Below are positions 1 through 9,073 of a stretch of DNA of 50,075 nt, piece by piece (position 1 is the stretch's first letter; each line of letters begins with the position of its first letter). The position numbers and the translations under genes were made by a program. Under the pieces are notes generated by a model. That model was given only the letters and a program-made list of their open reading frames with translations. It searched no databases and had not been told where the DNA came from. The DNA is from a virus (lineage: Duplodnaviria > Caudoviricetes), in the IMG/VR virus record IMGVR_UViG_3300006169_000021, positions 1 through 50,075 of that record, one strand, 5' to 3'.

Positions 1-87
1 CTTTCCTGATCCTTCTGATAGCATTCCTATTGATTGGCGGAACATGGAGTATTTCGTTGTCTCAAGGTCATCCCTTCTCGACCTTGC
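1..87. repeat. 87-bp terminal direct repeat, left copy (circular assembly overlap)
   Basis: Identical to 49989-50075. An ORF reads in frame across the junction. Confidence 0.97.
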
Positions 88-212
88 TGCTGATTTCTAG
101 CGCCGCTTTTGCTCTGTACGCGACAGTCAACATTCGCCGACAGTGGCGGCAGCTCCAAGAGTTCGTCCACATTAAGTCAGAATCCCTACCTGAACAGGAG
201 AGATCGAGTTGA
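1..212 (+). CDS. C-terminal part of a junction-spanning membrane protein (moron; starts at 49466)
   Basis: Continues the frame opened by GTG 49466. Two hydrophobic segments (FLILLIAFLLIGG; TLLLISSAAFALYA). TGA at 210-212. Confidence 0.8.
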   Translation, partial: FLILLIAFLLIGGTWSISLSQGHPFSTLLLISSAAFALYATVNIRRQWRQLQEFVHIKSESLPEQERSS

Positions 213-2610
213 TGAACTGGAAGCCGCGGAACCGCTTCGACTCCTTCACGCGGCCCCGAGCCAACTCGACGATCTCCCAGGAGGTCGCACCCCCGTAGCC
301 AAGCATCGCGCCTCCAGAGATATTCGCCAGCCGAGAGGGAGGCTGTTCCGTCTCATCGACGTAGCCAAGGCCCGATTCATCCCCAAGCCGCACATTCCAG
401 GCTGACGTTCGCACCGAACGCACCTCAGCGATGTTCAGGAACTTATCGAGGTCCACGATCTCGCCGCGCCAGATCGGAAGCCCATCCGCATCACGAGGCA
501 ACTGTGACCAGTAATGATCCAGCGACCGAGAGGCCGTCACCAGGTTGTAGATGTTCTCATTCACCCGGATGCAGTCCTCGAGTCTGGTCAGGCCAGGATC
601 GCCATATTCCACACTGCGGCGCTTTCCGAGCCAACCCTTGAATCGGTCGGCAGGGGCGGTCGTGGGATCCGCTGACTCTTCCCACACGGCCAGCGCAGCG
701 ATCGGCGCACGCTTGGCGGGGTCGTAGCCTGTCACCCGAACCTCATTGCCTTCCAGCGGCAACAGCGTCGAATCACCACGGTCGTACAGCAGCCGAACCG
801 CTTCCTCTTCGGTCAACTCCGCATCTGCGGCCATCGCGTCGGCCACCGAGCGGTACAGGGTCGAAATCGCGACATCCGTATCCAGTGGCTCGAAGGCCTT
901 GAAGCCATAGACTGCCGGCGACAGCGGCCGCATTCCCCAAACCACCTGGGGCACCCTGCCAAAGAGGCGCTCCAGGACGTCACCCCACTGGTCACCGTTC
1001 TCAGCCGACATATTCCACTCGGTGGTCGGCAGAAACACCTTGCCATCACCAGGAACGTCGGGAAGGCGCCAATCAAGGTCGGGCAACTCGATTGTGTCGC
1101 CGTTGAGATCGCTGATCCCCATTGCTCGAAGCACGAGAAGGATCGCCGACACACCATCCTCGACCGGACGGCTGAGCGGCATTCCGTCGAAAGGAAGCGA
1201 TTCCCGGCACTTATCTTCCCGAGCTCCGGACAGTCGGTCCACCGCTTCGAAGCTGCACCGCGACACCTCACGGTTTAGACCATCCCGAATCACCGGCGTC
1301 GACAGTTCCCCATCAAGCCAAGTAATCGGCGCGTCTACTTCGTCCGGATCGTATTCCTCGATCCTCACCGGTGTGGCCTCGCTCTCCGTGATGTGAGGGG
1401 CCAGAAGCTCGAGCGCATCCAGATCCCGAAACTCCAGCGAGCAGGTCAGCCCATCCGAACTATCCGACAGCCGAGCGTCGATCGCATCGGACAGCAGGTG
1501 GGTGACATCGACCTCATCGTCCGAAGTCGATTCAATCAGCGCCGGAAATGCCGCGTGCAGACCCCAAACCCAGGGCGATTTCACTCCACCATCCAGGCTC
1601 TTCAGCCCAATCCGGATCATGCAGTCAGCTTCGATCCCATCTGGAACGAAAGCAGCCAGGCCAGTGGCATCCATCAGGTCGAACTTCGCGTCCCCACCCT
1701 GCGGATGCCCGATCAGGTGAGCATTGTCCACCGATGAGAACCGGTCGCTGCCGGTCAGGTCTTCAAGTACTTCGCCGGTCTCCGGTGCCTCAGCAAGCCG
1801 GTACACCCGCGAATATCCATAGACCCAACCAGGCTCGGCCGCTTCCTCGTAAACGATCGGGCAGGTCATCACCGTGACCGCTCCCTTCGGAACGAACCAC
1901 CAGAAGTGGCCGGCAGGGAACATGACCGAACCGGAATCTTCCGGGTCCACCCAATCGCACCGAATTGTCGCCGCCGCACCCTTGGATGACCGAATGATCA
2001 TGTCTTGGCCACGGCCACGCTCGACGGTGAACGTCAAGTACTCCAGAAGCGGCTTCGAATAGCCATTCCCGCCGCTGAGCGACGTCCGGGCATAGAGCTC
2101 GCCGTCGTACCAGACCTCAATGCGTCCATCGGCATAGATCCGGACGGATGGTCCCATGTCCGAATCAACCGCATCGTTCCAGCCGAATTCGATCAGCACC
2201 TCATCCGACTCAGTGCCCGAGCTATAGCAATAGTTCGAGATCACCCAGCCCTGATCAGCAGCGTATTCATCGACCGTCAGCGCACCGACGCCAAGCAGGT
2301 TTTGGCCGGTGTAAGTGACGAACTGCTTGTCATGGTTGAAGCCGAATTCCCGCCAATCGGTCGTGCCGGCGTTCAAATCGACGAAGCTGTAATCCGTCAG
2401 ATCGAGCTTTTGAAAAGCACCGGTGTTGGTTGTGTGAAACTCTACGCGCTCAAAGTTGGCTCGAAGTCTCACCGCACCCGTCGCAGGGCAGACCACCAGA
2501 TCCTGGCTGAACTCCTCAAAGTCCGAACCACGCGCAGTGATGCCCAGTCGAGGCCGCCGCACACGCGGCTGAGCGTGGTTCACCAGAACCCGGATACGTC
2601 GATGAGCCAT
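172..2610 (-). CDS. Tail-tip/baseplate structural protein (812 aa)
   Basis: Long acidic ORF directly downstream of the tape measure gene in the late operon. Assignment is by synteny. Confidence 0.65.
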   Translation of the reverse strand: MAHRRIRVLVNHAQPRVRRPRLGITARGSDFEEFSQDLVVCPATGAVRLRANFERVEFHTTNTGAFQKLDLTDYSFVDLNAGTTDWREFGFNHDKQFVTYTGQNLLGVGALTVDEYAADQGWVISNYCYSSGTESDEVLIEFGWNDAVDSDMGPSVRIYADGRIEVWYDGELYARTSLSGGNGYSKPLLEYLTFTVERGRGQDMIIRSSKGAAATIRCDWVDPEDSGSVMFPAGHFWWFVPKGAVTVMTCPIVYEEAAEPGWVYGYSRVYRLAEAPETGEVLEDLTGSDRFSSVDNAHLIGHPQGGDAKFDLMDATGLAAFVPDGIEADCMIRIGLKSLDGGVKSPWVWGLHAAFPALIESTSDDEVDVTHLLSDAIDARLSDSSDGLTCSLEFRDLDALELLAPHITESEATPVRIEEYDPDEVDAPITWLDGELSTPVIRDGLNREVSRCSFEAVDRLSGAREDKCRESLPFDGMPLSRPVEDGVSAILLVLRAMGISDLNGDTIELPDLDWRLPDVPGDGKVFLPTTEWNMSAENGDQWGDVLERLFGRVPQVVWGMRPLSPAVYGFKAFEPLDTDVAISTLYRSVADAMAADAELTEEEAVRLLYDRGDSTLLPLEGNEVRVTGYDPAKRAPIAALAVWEESADPTTAPADRFKGWLGKRRSVEYGDPGLTRLEDCIRVNENIYNLVTASRSLDHYWSQLPRDADGLPIWRGEIVDLDKFLNIAEVRSVRTSAWNVRLGDESGLGYVDETEQPPSRLANISGGAMLGYGGATSWEIVELARGRVKESKRFRGFQFINSISPVQVGILT

Positions 2611-2617
2611 GCCGTTC

Positions 2618-4480
2618 CTAGATCGCTCCGGCTGCCTTCAGCTTTCGATCGCCGGTCTTCACCGCCAGCGCAGTGCCCCGAGACACGTAGGTCATTAAGA
2701 GCTCCATCGCTTGCTCCAGTTCGGGAGGCAGTCCTCGCCCTCGGCCGGTCGCCTTGGAAATCGCGAAGTCCGACACCGCTTGCTCGGCAAACGTGCCGCC
2801 ACCCTGGAGTTGCCGGTTCAGGTCGTACACCTTCTCCTGAATGCGTGTATTCCGCTCGATCGCGTTGGTGTTCGCCTCCGTGGCTTCCACAGCGGTTGCC
2901 GCGACACCTCGAATGGTCCCCTTGCTCTTGTCGCCGGCGATCAGCGAATCCGGTTCGCTCCCTCGAGATCGGTTGTACAGGTCTCGTGACTCTTCCACGA
3001 GTTGACTAATGACGTCGGTCAGCCGCTGCTCACCGGCAGTGGCTACCCTGCCACCTCCATCACCACTCTCATCGACCTTTCCTAATGTGGGGATGGACCC
3101 TTGGCCACCGGCCGTCATTTGCATCTCGGTGAGCAGTCCCAAAGCAGGGAATAACGCTTTCAAAGCGGGAGGAATGTCGAGCTTCAAAACGAACCCTTGA
3201 TTTAGCATTCCAATGACGCCGTTCACGATGTCGATGATTTCATTCACGAATGATCGGATGGCGTCCATCCTTTCATCGAGGATCATCATCGCCGCGTCAA
3301 AAATTCCTGGAATATGACCGAGAGTGGTGACCGCCATTGATGCACCTCGGACAAGAAAATCTCCAAAGTCCTCTGCCTCAGCCATGAACGCGATGGGCTT
3401 GGAGACAAGATCCCCCAATTCCTTCACGATGCTTTGGATACCCGCGCCCAAGGCAGTCGTTTCCGAAGCTGCTCCAGAGACGAGTTCTCCCACGTCAACT
3501 GCGATGCCAGCAACGTCCCGCAGGTTGTTGGCAAATGCTGAAGTCGCTGAGGTTGCGCGGTAGAACTGCTCAACCATTCCTCCCATGATGTTCTCGCGCT
3601 CCAAGAAGCCACCAAACCGCTCAAGCGCGTCCAGCGCTGGCAACAAGGCCTGCGCCGAGAACTTGCCGAATTGCACAACAAGCCGGTCGAAGGTGTCTGC
3701 AAAGTTGTCGAGGGAGTTCTGAGCCCCGCCAGCGGCCTTGGGCATCTTCTCCAGCGCGTCGATCACGTCCGTGACGAACTGCTGAACCGAGATCCCCATC
3801 TTCTGCAGCGCTTCCGTGTCCGCAGTGCCATAGATCTGCTTGACAACGTCCCTGAACTGGGGCATCGCGTTGGCGATCTGGTTGATGTTGTCAGCAGTGA
3901 CCGCGCCTCGGCTGACGATCTGAGAAAGGCCGAGAATGACGGCGTCGAGCTGCTGCTTTCCAGCACCGGCCGAGACCAGCGCATTACCGAAGGCTAGGAG
4001 TGCACGCTCAGCCATCCGGGCATCCATTCCGATCGCCTGCAGCCGTACGCTGCCCTGAATCGCCTCAGCGAAGCCAAGACCGGGCATCGTCGCGACTTCC
4101 GCCAGTCGCTTGAGCTGATATTCCGTCTCCTCAGCCGTGCCCGAATACACCCGGAGAGCGATCGTGAGCTGCTCGAATTCCGCGTACTGCTTGATGCTCC
4201 AGCCTGTCAGACCAGCGAACGCAATTCCGGTTCCTACCGCGGCGATTCCTAGCGACTTGACCACCGCCACCAGTTCCTGCACACCAGGGATGGCCGAGTC
4301 GAGCTCAGCGGTGGCCAGCTTCAAATAGCCGGGCAAACCTCCCGCCTGATCACCGGTGCCAACCCCCGTAACCTGATCCTGCGCACGCGCAAGGTCCTTA
4401 GTGACCTCGACCGCCTTCTTTGCACGCCCGGAGTAGTCATCCGTGAGCTTAAAGACCGTTTCTAGAACGTCAACTTGCAT
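2618..4480 (-). CDS. Tape measure protein (620 aa)
   Basis: Ala/Gly-rich helical sequence with a tape-measure-type core (LLAFGNALVSAG...VILGLSQIVSRG...DNINQI). Lies downstream of the tail chaperone. Confidence 0.9.
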   Translation of the reverse strand: MQVDVLETVFKLTDDYSGRAKKAVEVTKDLARAQDQVTGVGTGDQAGGLPGYLKLATAELDSAIPGVQELVAVVKSLGIAAVGTGIAFAGLTGWSIKQYAEFEQLTIALRVYSGTAEETEYQLKRLAEVATMPGLGFAEAIQGSVRLQAIGMDARMAERALLAFGNALVSAGAGKQQLDAVILGLSQIVSRGAVTADNINQIANAMPQFRDVVKQIYGTADTEALQKMGISVQQFVTDVIDALEKMPKAAGGAQNSLDNFADTFDRLVVQFGKFSAQALLPALDALERFGGFLERENIMGGMVEQFYRATSATSAFANNLRDVAGIAVDVGELVSGAASETTALGAGIQSIVKELGDLVSKPIAFMAEAEDFGDFLVRGASMAVTTLGHIPGIFDAAMMILDERMDAIRSFVNEIIDIVNGVIGMLNQGFVLKLDIPPALKALFPALGLLTEMQMTAGGQGSIPTLGKVDESGDGGGRVATAGEQRLTDVISQLVEESRDLYNRSRGSEPDSLIAGDKSKGTIRGVAATAVEATEANTNAIERNTRIQEKVYDLNRQLQGGGTFAEQAVSDFAISKATGRGRGLPPELEQAMELLMTYVSRGTALAVKTGDRKLKAAGAI

Positions 4481-4531
4481 AGTAGAGCAACCGAAGAGGC
4501 GTGGCTTCCCGTAAGATTGAGGAGCATAGAG

Positions 4532-4996
4532 ATGACAGCAACGAGAACGACCTATATAGGTTTGGCCGTCTTTGTGGGCTTAGCCTTCATGGCCATCGGA
4601 CTATTTGTGGGCAAGCTGGTGTCTTCAAGAACTGCCGAGAGAACCCTCGCAGAGCTCCAGGCAAAGAACCCCACTGAGATCATCCGCCCTGTCCATGGAT
4701 CGAGAGTCGACTTTGGCGAGGAATTAGATACGTGCAGGGTCGAATACCTTCTACTCACCCCTGCGAGAGAAGGCGGTTTCAATGTGACCGTCGGCATGCA
4801 AGGCATACACAAGGAGCCAGCGGCAGCTATGGTTGGCGTTTCGTTCTACGATCAGAATGGAAAGAGGATCGGGACCGACTCCGTCGTCCGCTTCACTCGG
4901 CGCGAGCTGAACCTTGATGAATGGCGGGACGTTACGGACGTTGTGAGAACCCCCACAGGGGTCCAGCCAGCATACGCAGGCATCTATCCGCTCTGA
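4532..4996 (+). CDS. Moron: membrane-anchored protein with an FxLYD-like domain (154 aa)
   Basis: N-terminal TM helix (IGLAVFVGLAFMAIGLFVG) and a VSFYDQNGKRIG motif. Own -10 TAAGAT at 4512-4517 and SD GAGGAG. Antisense to the tail operon. Confidence 0.7.
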   Translation: MTATRTTYIGLAVFVGLAFMAIGLFVGKLVSSRTAERTLAELQAKNPTEIIRPVHGSRVDFGEELDTCRVEYLLLTPAREGGFNVTVGMQGIHKEPAAAMVGVSFYDQNGKRIGTDSVVRFTRRELNLDEWRDVTDVVRTPTGVQPAYAGIYPL

Positions 4997-5163
4997 GGCG
5001 GATGGTCACGGTCGTACTCCTCCTTTCGAAGCACGTTCAGCGCCGCATAGTCCCACAGCGCCTCCCATTCATCCGGTTCCAGTTTCGCCGGCGCCTTACC
5101 GAACTTGTCCACCGACAGCGATAAGATCAGTCGGTAGTAGGGGTCTGATTCGAGTCTTTTTTT
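4984..5163 (-). CDS. -1 frameshift extension of the tail assembly chaperone (gpGT-like)
   Basis: Slippery GGA AAA AAA (seven T on + strand, 5157-5163). The -1 frame is open (RLESDPYYRLILSLSVDKFGK...HPPQSG) to TAG at 4984-4986. Position between tail tube and tape measure is canonical. Confidence 0.85.
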   Translation of the reverse strand, partial: KKRLESDPYYRLILSLSVDKFGKAPAKLEPDEWEALWDYAALNVLRKEEYDRDHPPQSG

Positions 5164-5576
5164 CCTGCATCGATCCTCGCCGCGGCGACCTCGAGAAGGT
5201 GCGCGATTCCGGCTCTTTGCAGCGATTTCAAAATGACCTGAACCGTCAGGCCATCAGCCATCAGGTCGAGCGCTTGACCGATCGTCAGCTTCGGATTGTC
5301 GGCTGTATAGGCGATCAATGCAGCGGTGCTGAGTGAATCGTCGCTCAGCTTCGCGTATGGCTTGAGAGCCTTAGGACATTCCTTCGACCGGACCTCCTGC
5401 ACGAACTCCTGCCGTCGTCGATCGAGCGCCAGAATCTCATCGTGCGATTGAGCAAGCCGGAAGCGCATGAAAGCGCCTCCGACGTTGATGTCCACCGTTG
5501 GTGTCTCCCGAGCCTTTTGCGCCGCGGACAGAAGATCCTCGACCGTCACATAAACGAGCTCCTGCGTCTCGCTCAC
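5127..5576 (-). CDS. Tail assembly chaperone (gpG-like)
   Basis: Between tail tube and tape measure. Ends in GKK over a slippery A7 run. Confidence 0.85.
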   Translation of the reverse strand: MSETQELVYVTVEDLLSAAQKARETPTVDINVGGAFMRFRLAQSHDEILALDRRRQEFVQEVRSKECPKALKPYAKLSDDSLSTAALIAYTADNPKLTIGQALDLMADGLTVQVILKSLQRAGIAHLLEVAAARIDAGKKDSNQTPTTD

Positions 5577-5725
5577 TTGTTGTCGTCACCGCCTGTATTG
5601 GCCGGCTTCGCGGGCTTCTCAGGGTCAAACGCCATCCGCAATCCTTCTCTGATGGGTTCGATCGTATGCCTGTTGCGGCCGGGTTGAGGCTCTGCCGACT
5701 TGTTCACTTTCTTCTTCTTGCTCAT
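5573..5725 (-). CDS. Small basic hypothetical protein (50 aa)
   Basis: ATG 4 nt after the tail tube stop. Its stop overlaps the chaperone start (GTGA). Confidence 0.55.
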   Translation of the reverse strand: MSKKKKVNKSAEPQPGRNRHTIEPIREGLRMAFDPEKPAKPANTGGDDNK

Positions 5726-5729
5726 AGCT

Positions 5730-6545
5730 TTACTCCGCGGTTGTGACCTCCGTAGTCCAAGGCTCGCTGACCACGAACGACCAGGTCTCTTGAACCAGCT
5801 TGTCGGACGGGATCCGGACCATTCCACTGGCGATCAGCAGGTTTCCAGAGCGCTCCAGACCTTCGACCAGCTTCGAAACATAGGAGAACGCAAGCGGCGT
5901 CTTCGGAGCATTGATCGCACGCTCCAAGATCGTCGACGTGCCAGTCGGAGCGGTCGGATAGGTCGCCTCGTTGTCGCTACCTTCCCACTGGATCGTCGCC
6001 TTTTGCCGGCCACCGGCATTGTGAGTGCCGCGTCGAAGGTTTCCAGGCGCGGTGATCGCCACCGCGTTCAGCGTCATGCTTAGAATCGCCGCAAGATCGT
6101 CTGGATCGTCCGACTCCAAGAGCGCGAGAAGGTCCACGATCTCCGAATTCTCGGATTGCAGCTCGGTATTGATCGTCGCCTCGAGTGTCCCACCTGGATC
6201 GACTTGGAACCGTCGCTTGAATTCGCCACCGTTCGGAAGCGGGCTGATCGGATTCGTCACCCGAAACTCAAGCGACTCATATTCATCCAGAAGGCTGATC
6301 CCAGCCAGCGATAGCGCAGTCAGGTCGAAGTGACTCAGACGCACCGAGCCAGTCTTCACCGGCTTTAGCGGCACTTCGAGCCTGGCCGCATTCTTCATCG
6401 GCTGACTGCCCTTTCGGAGCCGAGTCGGGTTCTGCCAGTCGTCGAATTCAGGATCGCACGACCACTGAACGTCCTCGAACACCTGGAGGAAGCTGGTTCC
6501 GCCGATCGTCAGCGTCCCAACGTCATTTGAGGTTTGATTACTCAT
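5730..6545 (-). CDS. Major tail tube protein (probable)
   Basis: Thr/Ser/Gly-rich, beta-type 271-aa ORF between the connector genes and the chaperone. Confidence 0.65.
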   Translation of the reverse strand: MSNQTSNDVGTLTIGGTSFLQVFEDVQWSCDPEFDDWQNPTRLRKGSQPMKNAARLEVPLKPVKTGSVRLSHFDLTALSLAGISLLDEYESLEFRVTNPISPLPNGGEFKRRFQVDPGGTLEATINTELQSENSEIVDLLALLESDDPDDLAAILSMTLNAVAITAPGNLRRGTHNAGGRQKATIQWEGSDNEATYPTAPTGTSTILERAINAPKTPLAFSYVSKLVEGLERSGNLLIASGMVRIPSDKLVQETWSFVVSEPWTTEVTTAE

Positions 6546-6551
6546 TTTTTG

Positions 6552-7109
6552 CTACCTAACCATTGCCTTGCGCTGAGCGCGAACAAACACGTCCCGAAAT
6601 GCCCTGTTGCTGGTGCGCCACGTCTTCCGCAGCGTCGTCCAAAACGTTCGGCTGACCATCGAGGCCGTACCTTCCGGGCTCAAAACGAAAATCGAATCAC
6701 CTGACCGGCTCCGCGCTACTCCCACTGTTTGAGTCGCGACTGCCTGCCGGCTTATGGCTGCATCGCCAAAGCTCTGATTGCCGACCTTGACGTTCTGGCG
6801 TAGCAACGCCTGTCGCAGTCGACCAGTCTGCACGTTGATCGGAAGGAGTGGGGCACTACCGCGGCCACGAGCCCGAACCTGTGCACGAGCAGGATCACGC
6901 GGGTTGTATCGGGCCACCGGTCCGCCGCGCCTCGCAAAAGCACCCCGAGTCTGCTCTGGTGTGAGCGTTCCTGAAAGCAGCTCATAGGCCGCCTTCTCGT
7001 ACTCCTTCGGGATCATCTCCCAGGCCTTCACGGCGTCTCCAGACGCTTGCTCAAAGGCCGCTCTCTGCTTGTCGTAGAGAGCAAGTGCGCTTCGGTGCCG
7101 AGTCGCCAT
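6552..7109 (-). CDS. Tail completion/neck protein (HK97 gp10-like position)
   Basis: Basic protein with a PINVQTGRLRQAL motif typical of neck proteins. Synteny agrees. Confidence 0.6.
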   Translation of the reverse strand: MATRHRSALALYDKQRAAFEQASGDAVKAWEMIPKEYEKAAYELLSGTLTPEQTRGAFARRGGPVARYNPRDPARAQVRARGRGSAPLLPINVQTGRLRQALLRQNVKVGNQSFGDAAISRQAVATQTVGVARSRSGDSIFVLSPEGTASMVSRTFWTTLRKTWRTSNRAFRDVFVRAQRKAMVR

Positions 7110-7616
7110 CTACAAGCCACCGCGGGGAATAGTCACCCACCCTTCAACGGTGAGTCCGACTAGGATCCGGGCCGAGCCAGAGACGCCAGGCACCTCTTCA
7201 AGCGCGGACGTCAGAACCTCGACGACCACCGGCTCTTCATATCCGGCCACCTGGTCGTATTCGCTTGCCGCCGTGGGGGTCAGCCTTGCATGAAGCGCAC
7301 CGGCACAGGACATCCGCGTGTCGCGCCTCTCATCCACCGGAACGGGAAGAGGCGGAGGGTTCGGAGGCTCGCTGGTCGGCTGAGTCACCCAAGGATCCTG
7401 CAACTCTGCCGCGACATCGACCCGCAGCAGCATGACGTCGTGACCACCGGTCCCTCTGCGGCCCTGAATCAGCTCATAGCGAATCGCCGCATAGTCTTGC
7501 CCTACCGGAGGCAGTTCAGACGGCCGTGGGTCAAAGAACACCTGGTCAGGGTTCAGCTCCCAGGCATCCTGAACCCGCTTGGCAATCTCGGTCAGAATCG
7601 CGGCGACCTTTTCCAT
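7110..7616 (-). CDS. Tail terminator-like protein
   Basis: 168 aa, acidic, within the head-tail connector cluster. Confidence 0.5.
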   Translation of the reverse strand: MEKVAAILTEIAKRVQDAWELNPDQVFFDPRPSELPPVGQDYAAIRYELIQGRRGTGGHDVMLLRVDVAAELQDPWVTQPTSEPPNPPPLPVPVDERRDTRMSCAGALHARLTPTAASEYDQVAGYEEPVVVEVLTSALEEVPGVSGSARILVGLTVEGWVTIPRGGL

Positions 7617-7961
7617 CTATGCTCGGCCCCTCGTGATCACGTCGACAATGACCTCGTAGTGATCAGCGTCCATGTCGAACCGCTTTACCATCTTCACCAG
7701 GTAGGGCAGACTGTCGCGCATCAGCACGTCATCGGCCTGAATCCCCTCGCATTCAGCAGGATCGAGGAAGACCAGAAAAGGGGACTTCGTTCCGACCACA
7801 CCAAACTTCAACTCGGCATCCCGAGGCGTCAGCGGATCGAACATGGCGGACACCTCGACACCTGTCGCCTGTCGATGTGAGCCATCGATTCCGGCTTCGT
7901 CCACATCGCGCCGGATCGCTTGCGACCACGTGCACGTATGGGGCAGATACAGATCGTCCAC
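7617..7961 (-). CDS. Head closure/stopper protein
   Basis: 114-aa beta-rich protein after the adaptor, ending ADHYEVIV. Confidence 0.6.
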   Translation of the reverse strand: MDDLYLPHTCTWSQAIRRDVDEAGIDGSHRQATGVEVSAMFDPLTPRDAELKFGVVGTKSPFLVFLDPAECEGIQADDVLMRDSLPYLVKMVKRFDMDADHYEVIVDVITRGRA

Positions 7962-8342
7962 TTAGAAGCCGGCCTCTCGGTAAATCGGGAATGGCTCCGG
8001 TTCAGGGAAATCAGAATCAGCAATCCCCACCGGACTGACCGCGCCGGTTGCATCGAGTGCCACCAGCCGAGCGCGTAAGGCCTCAATTCGGCTCCGATTG
8101 TCAGCGGACACGGTCCTTGACCTACTCCAAGATCCCTGCTTCTTCGATTCGGAAACCGTCGTGGTCTCCTCCTCCAGCAAAGCGATCGCTGCTCGGATCT
8201 CGGACTGAGCGTCAGAACCGTACTCGGCCAGCGTCGCAACGATCTCCTCATCATCAAAGCGCCACGGACTGCGCCGGTCGCCGATCATGCGGCGAATCCG
8301 ATCCTTCGCAGTCGGCAGGGTGGAATCGTAGGTCGTTGCCAT
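7962..8342 (-). CDS. Head-tail adaptor protein
   Basis: KDRIRRMIGD...FDDEEIVATL motif of gp6/gp15-like adaptors. First connector gene after the capsid region. Confidence 0.7.
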   Translation of the reverse strand: MATTYDSTLPTAKDRIRRMIGDRRSPWRFDDEEIVATLAEYGSDAQSEIRAAIALLEEETTTVSESKKQGSWSRSRTVSADNRSRIEALRARLVALDATGAVSPVGIADSDFPEPEPFPIYREAGF

Positions 8343-8361
8343 AAGAAATCAGGTGAAAATC

Positions 8362-8442
8362 TCGGCCCTTACTTCCCGTTCCCCTGTCGGAGTGTCAGAG
8401 GTCCACACGGTCGTACCAACACCGCACGGTTTTCAGGGCCAA
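8362..8442 (-). ncRNA. Candidate structured RNA (three-way junction) in a late-operon intergenic gap
   Basis: Minus-strand nested stems: TTGGCCCT/AGGGCCGA, CCGT/ACGG, GCGGT/ACCGT and CCTCTG/CAGGGG. Confidence 0.45.
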
Positions 8443-8449
8443 GTCTTGG

Positions 8450-8989
8450 TTACTCTGCGCCTTTGATCAGCGCTTCCACGATGGCGCCCTTGGTCATCTC
8501 CTCCGCGCCCTCGATCTTCTTGAACTTGCCGAGCGCCCGAAGCTGGTCAACCGTGAAGTTGTCGAGCTTCTTCGCATCTCCAGGAGCAATCTCGGCCAAC
8601 AGCGCCTCGACCTCAGGATCGCGCTCCTCTTCGAATGCCTGCTTGAGCGCCTTGATCTCAGCCTCCGCCTTATCGAGCGAGTCACGAACCGACTTCAGCT
8701 CGTCATCCACCTTCACATAGGCATCGGCGGTGTCCTTGAGCTCCTTCTCGAGCTCCTCGTTGCGTGCGCGAAGCTGCTCGAACTCCTCAGAGCTGCCAGC
8801 GGCGTCAGCCCCGGCCCCATCCTGCGACGGGTACTTCGAAAGAAGCATGGGCAAGTCTCTCGGACCGTACCGCTTCTTCTGGAATGTAATGGACTCGCCC
8901 CGCTTCAGAGCATCCTTCAGATGGTCTGGAAAAACCGTGGTCGCGGCGATTACACCGACCACGCAGATGATCATACAGATCGTCAACAT
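8450..8989 (-). CDS. Coiled-coil protein with a C-terminal Rho-N/HeH-like domain
   Basis: Heptad-rich middle region and C-terminal FTVDQLRALGKFKKIEGAEEMTKGAIVEAL. Such genes are common just after major capsid genes. Start codon uncertain. Confidence 0.6.
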   Translation of the reverse strand: MLTICMIICVVGVIAATTVFPDHLKDALKRGESITFQKKRYGPRDLPMLLSKYPSQDGAGADAAGSSEEFEQLRARNEELEKELKDTADAYVKVDDELKSVRDSLDKAEAEIKALKQAFEEERDPEVEALLAEIAPGDAKKLDNFTVDQLRALGKFKKIEGAEEMTKGAIVEALIKGAE

Positions 8990-9013
8990 TTGTTTTGAAA
9001 CCTCTCTTGAATA

Positions 9014-9050
9014 GATCAGGGCTCCCGAATCAACTCCAGGAGCCCTGATC
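9014..9050 (-). terminator. Hairpin downstream of the major capsid gene (terminator or mRNA stabiliser)
   Basis: Perfect 12-bp inverted repeat GATCAGGGCTCC/GGAGCCCTGATC. U-tract is weak. Confidence 0.6.
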
Positions 9051-9073
9051 GTTAGGTCATGTCAGGCCGACGC

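Noticed and set aside
1-87. Terminal repeat as a biological direct terminal repeat
   Set aside because: It falls mid-gene, far from the terminase region, and an exact 87-bp overlap is what a k-mer assembler leaves on a circular contig.
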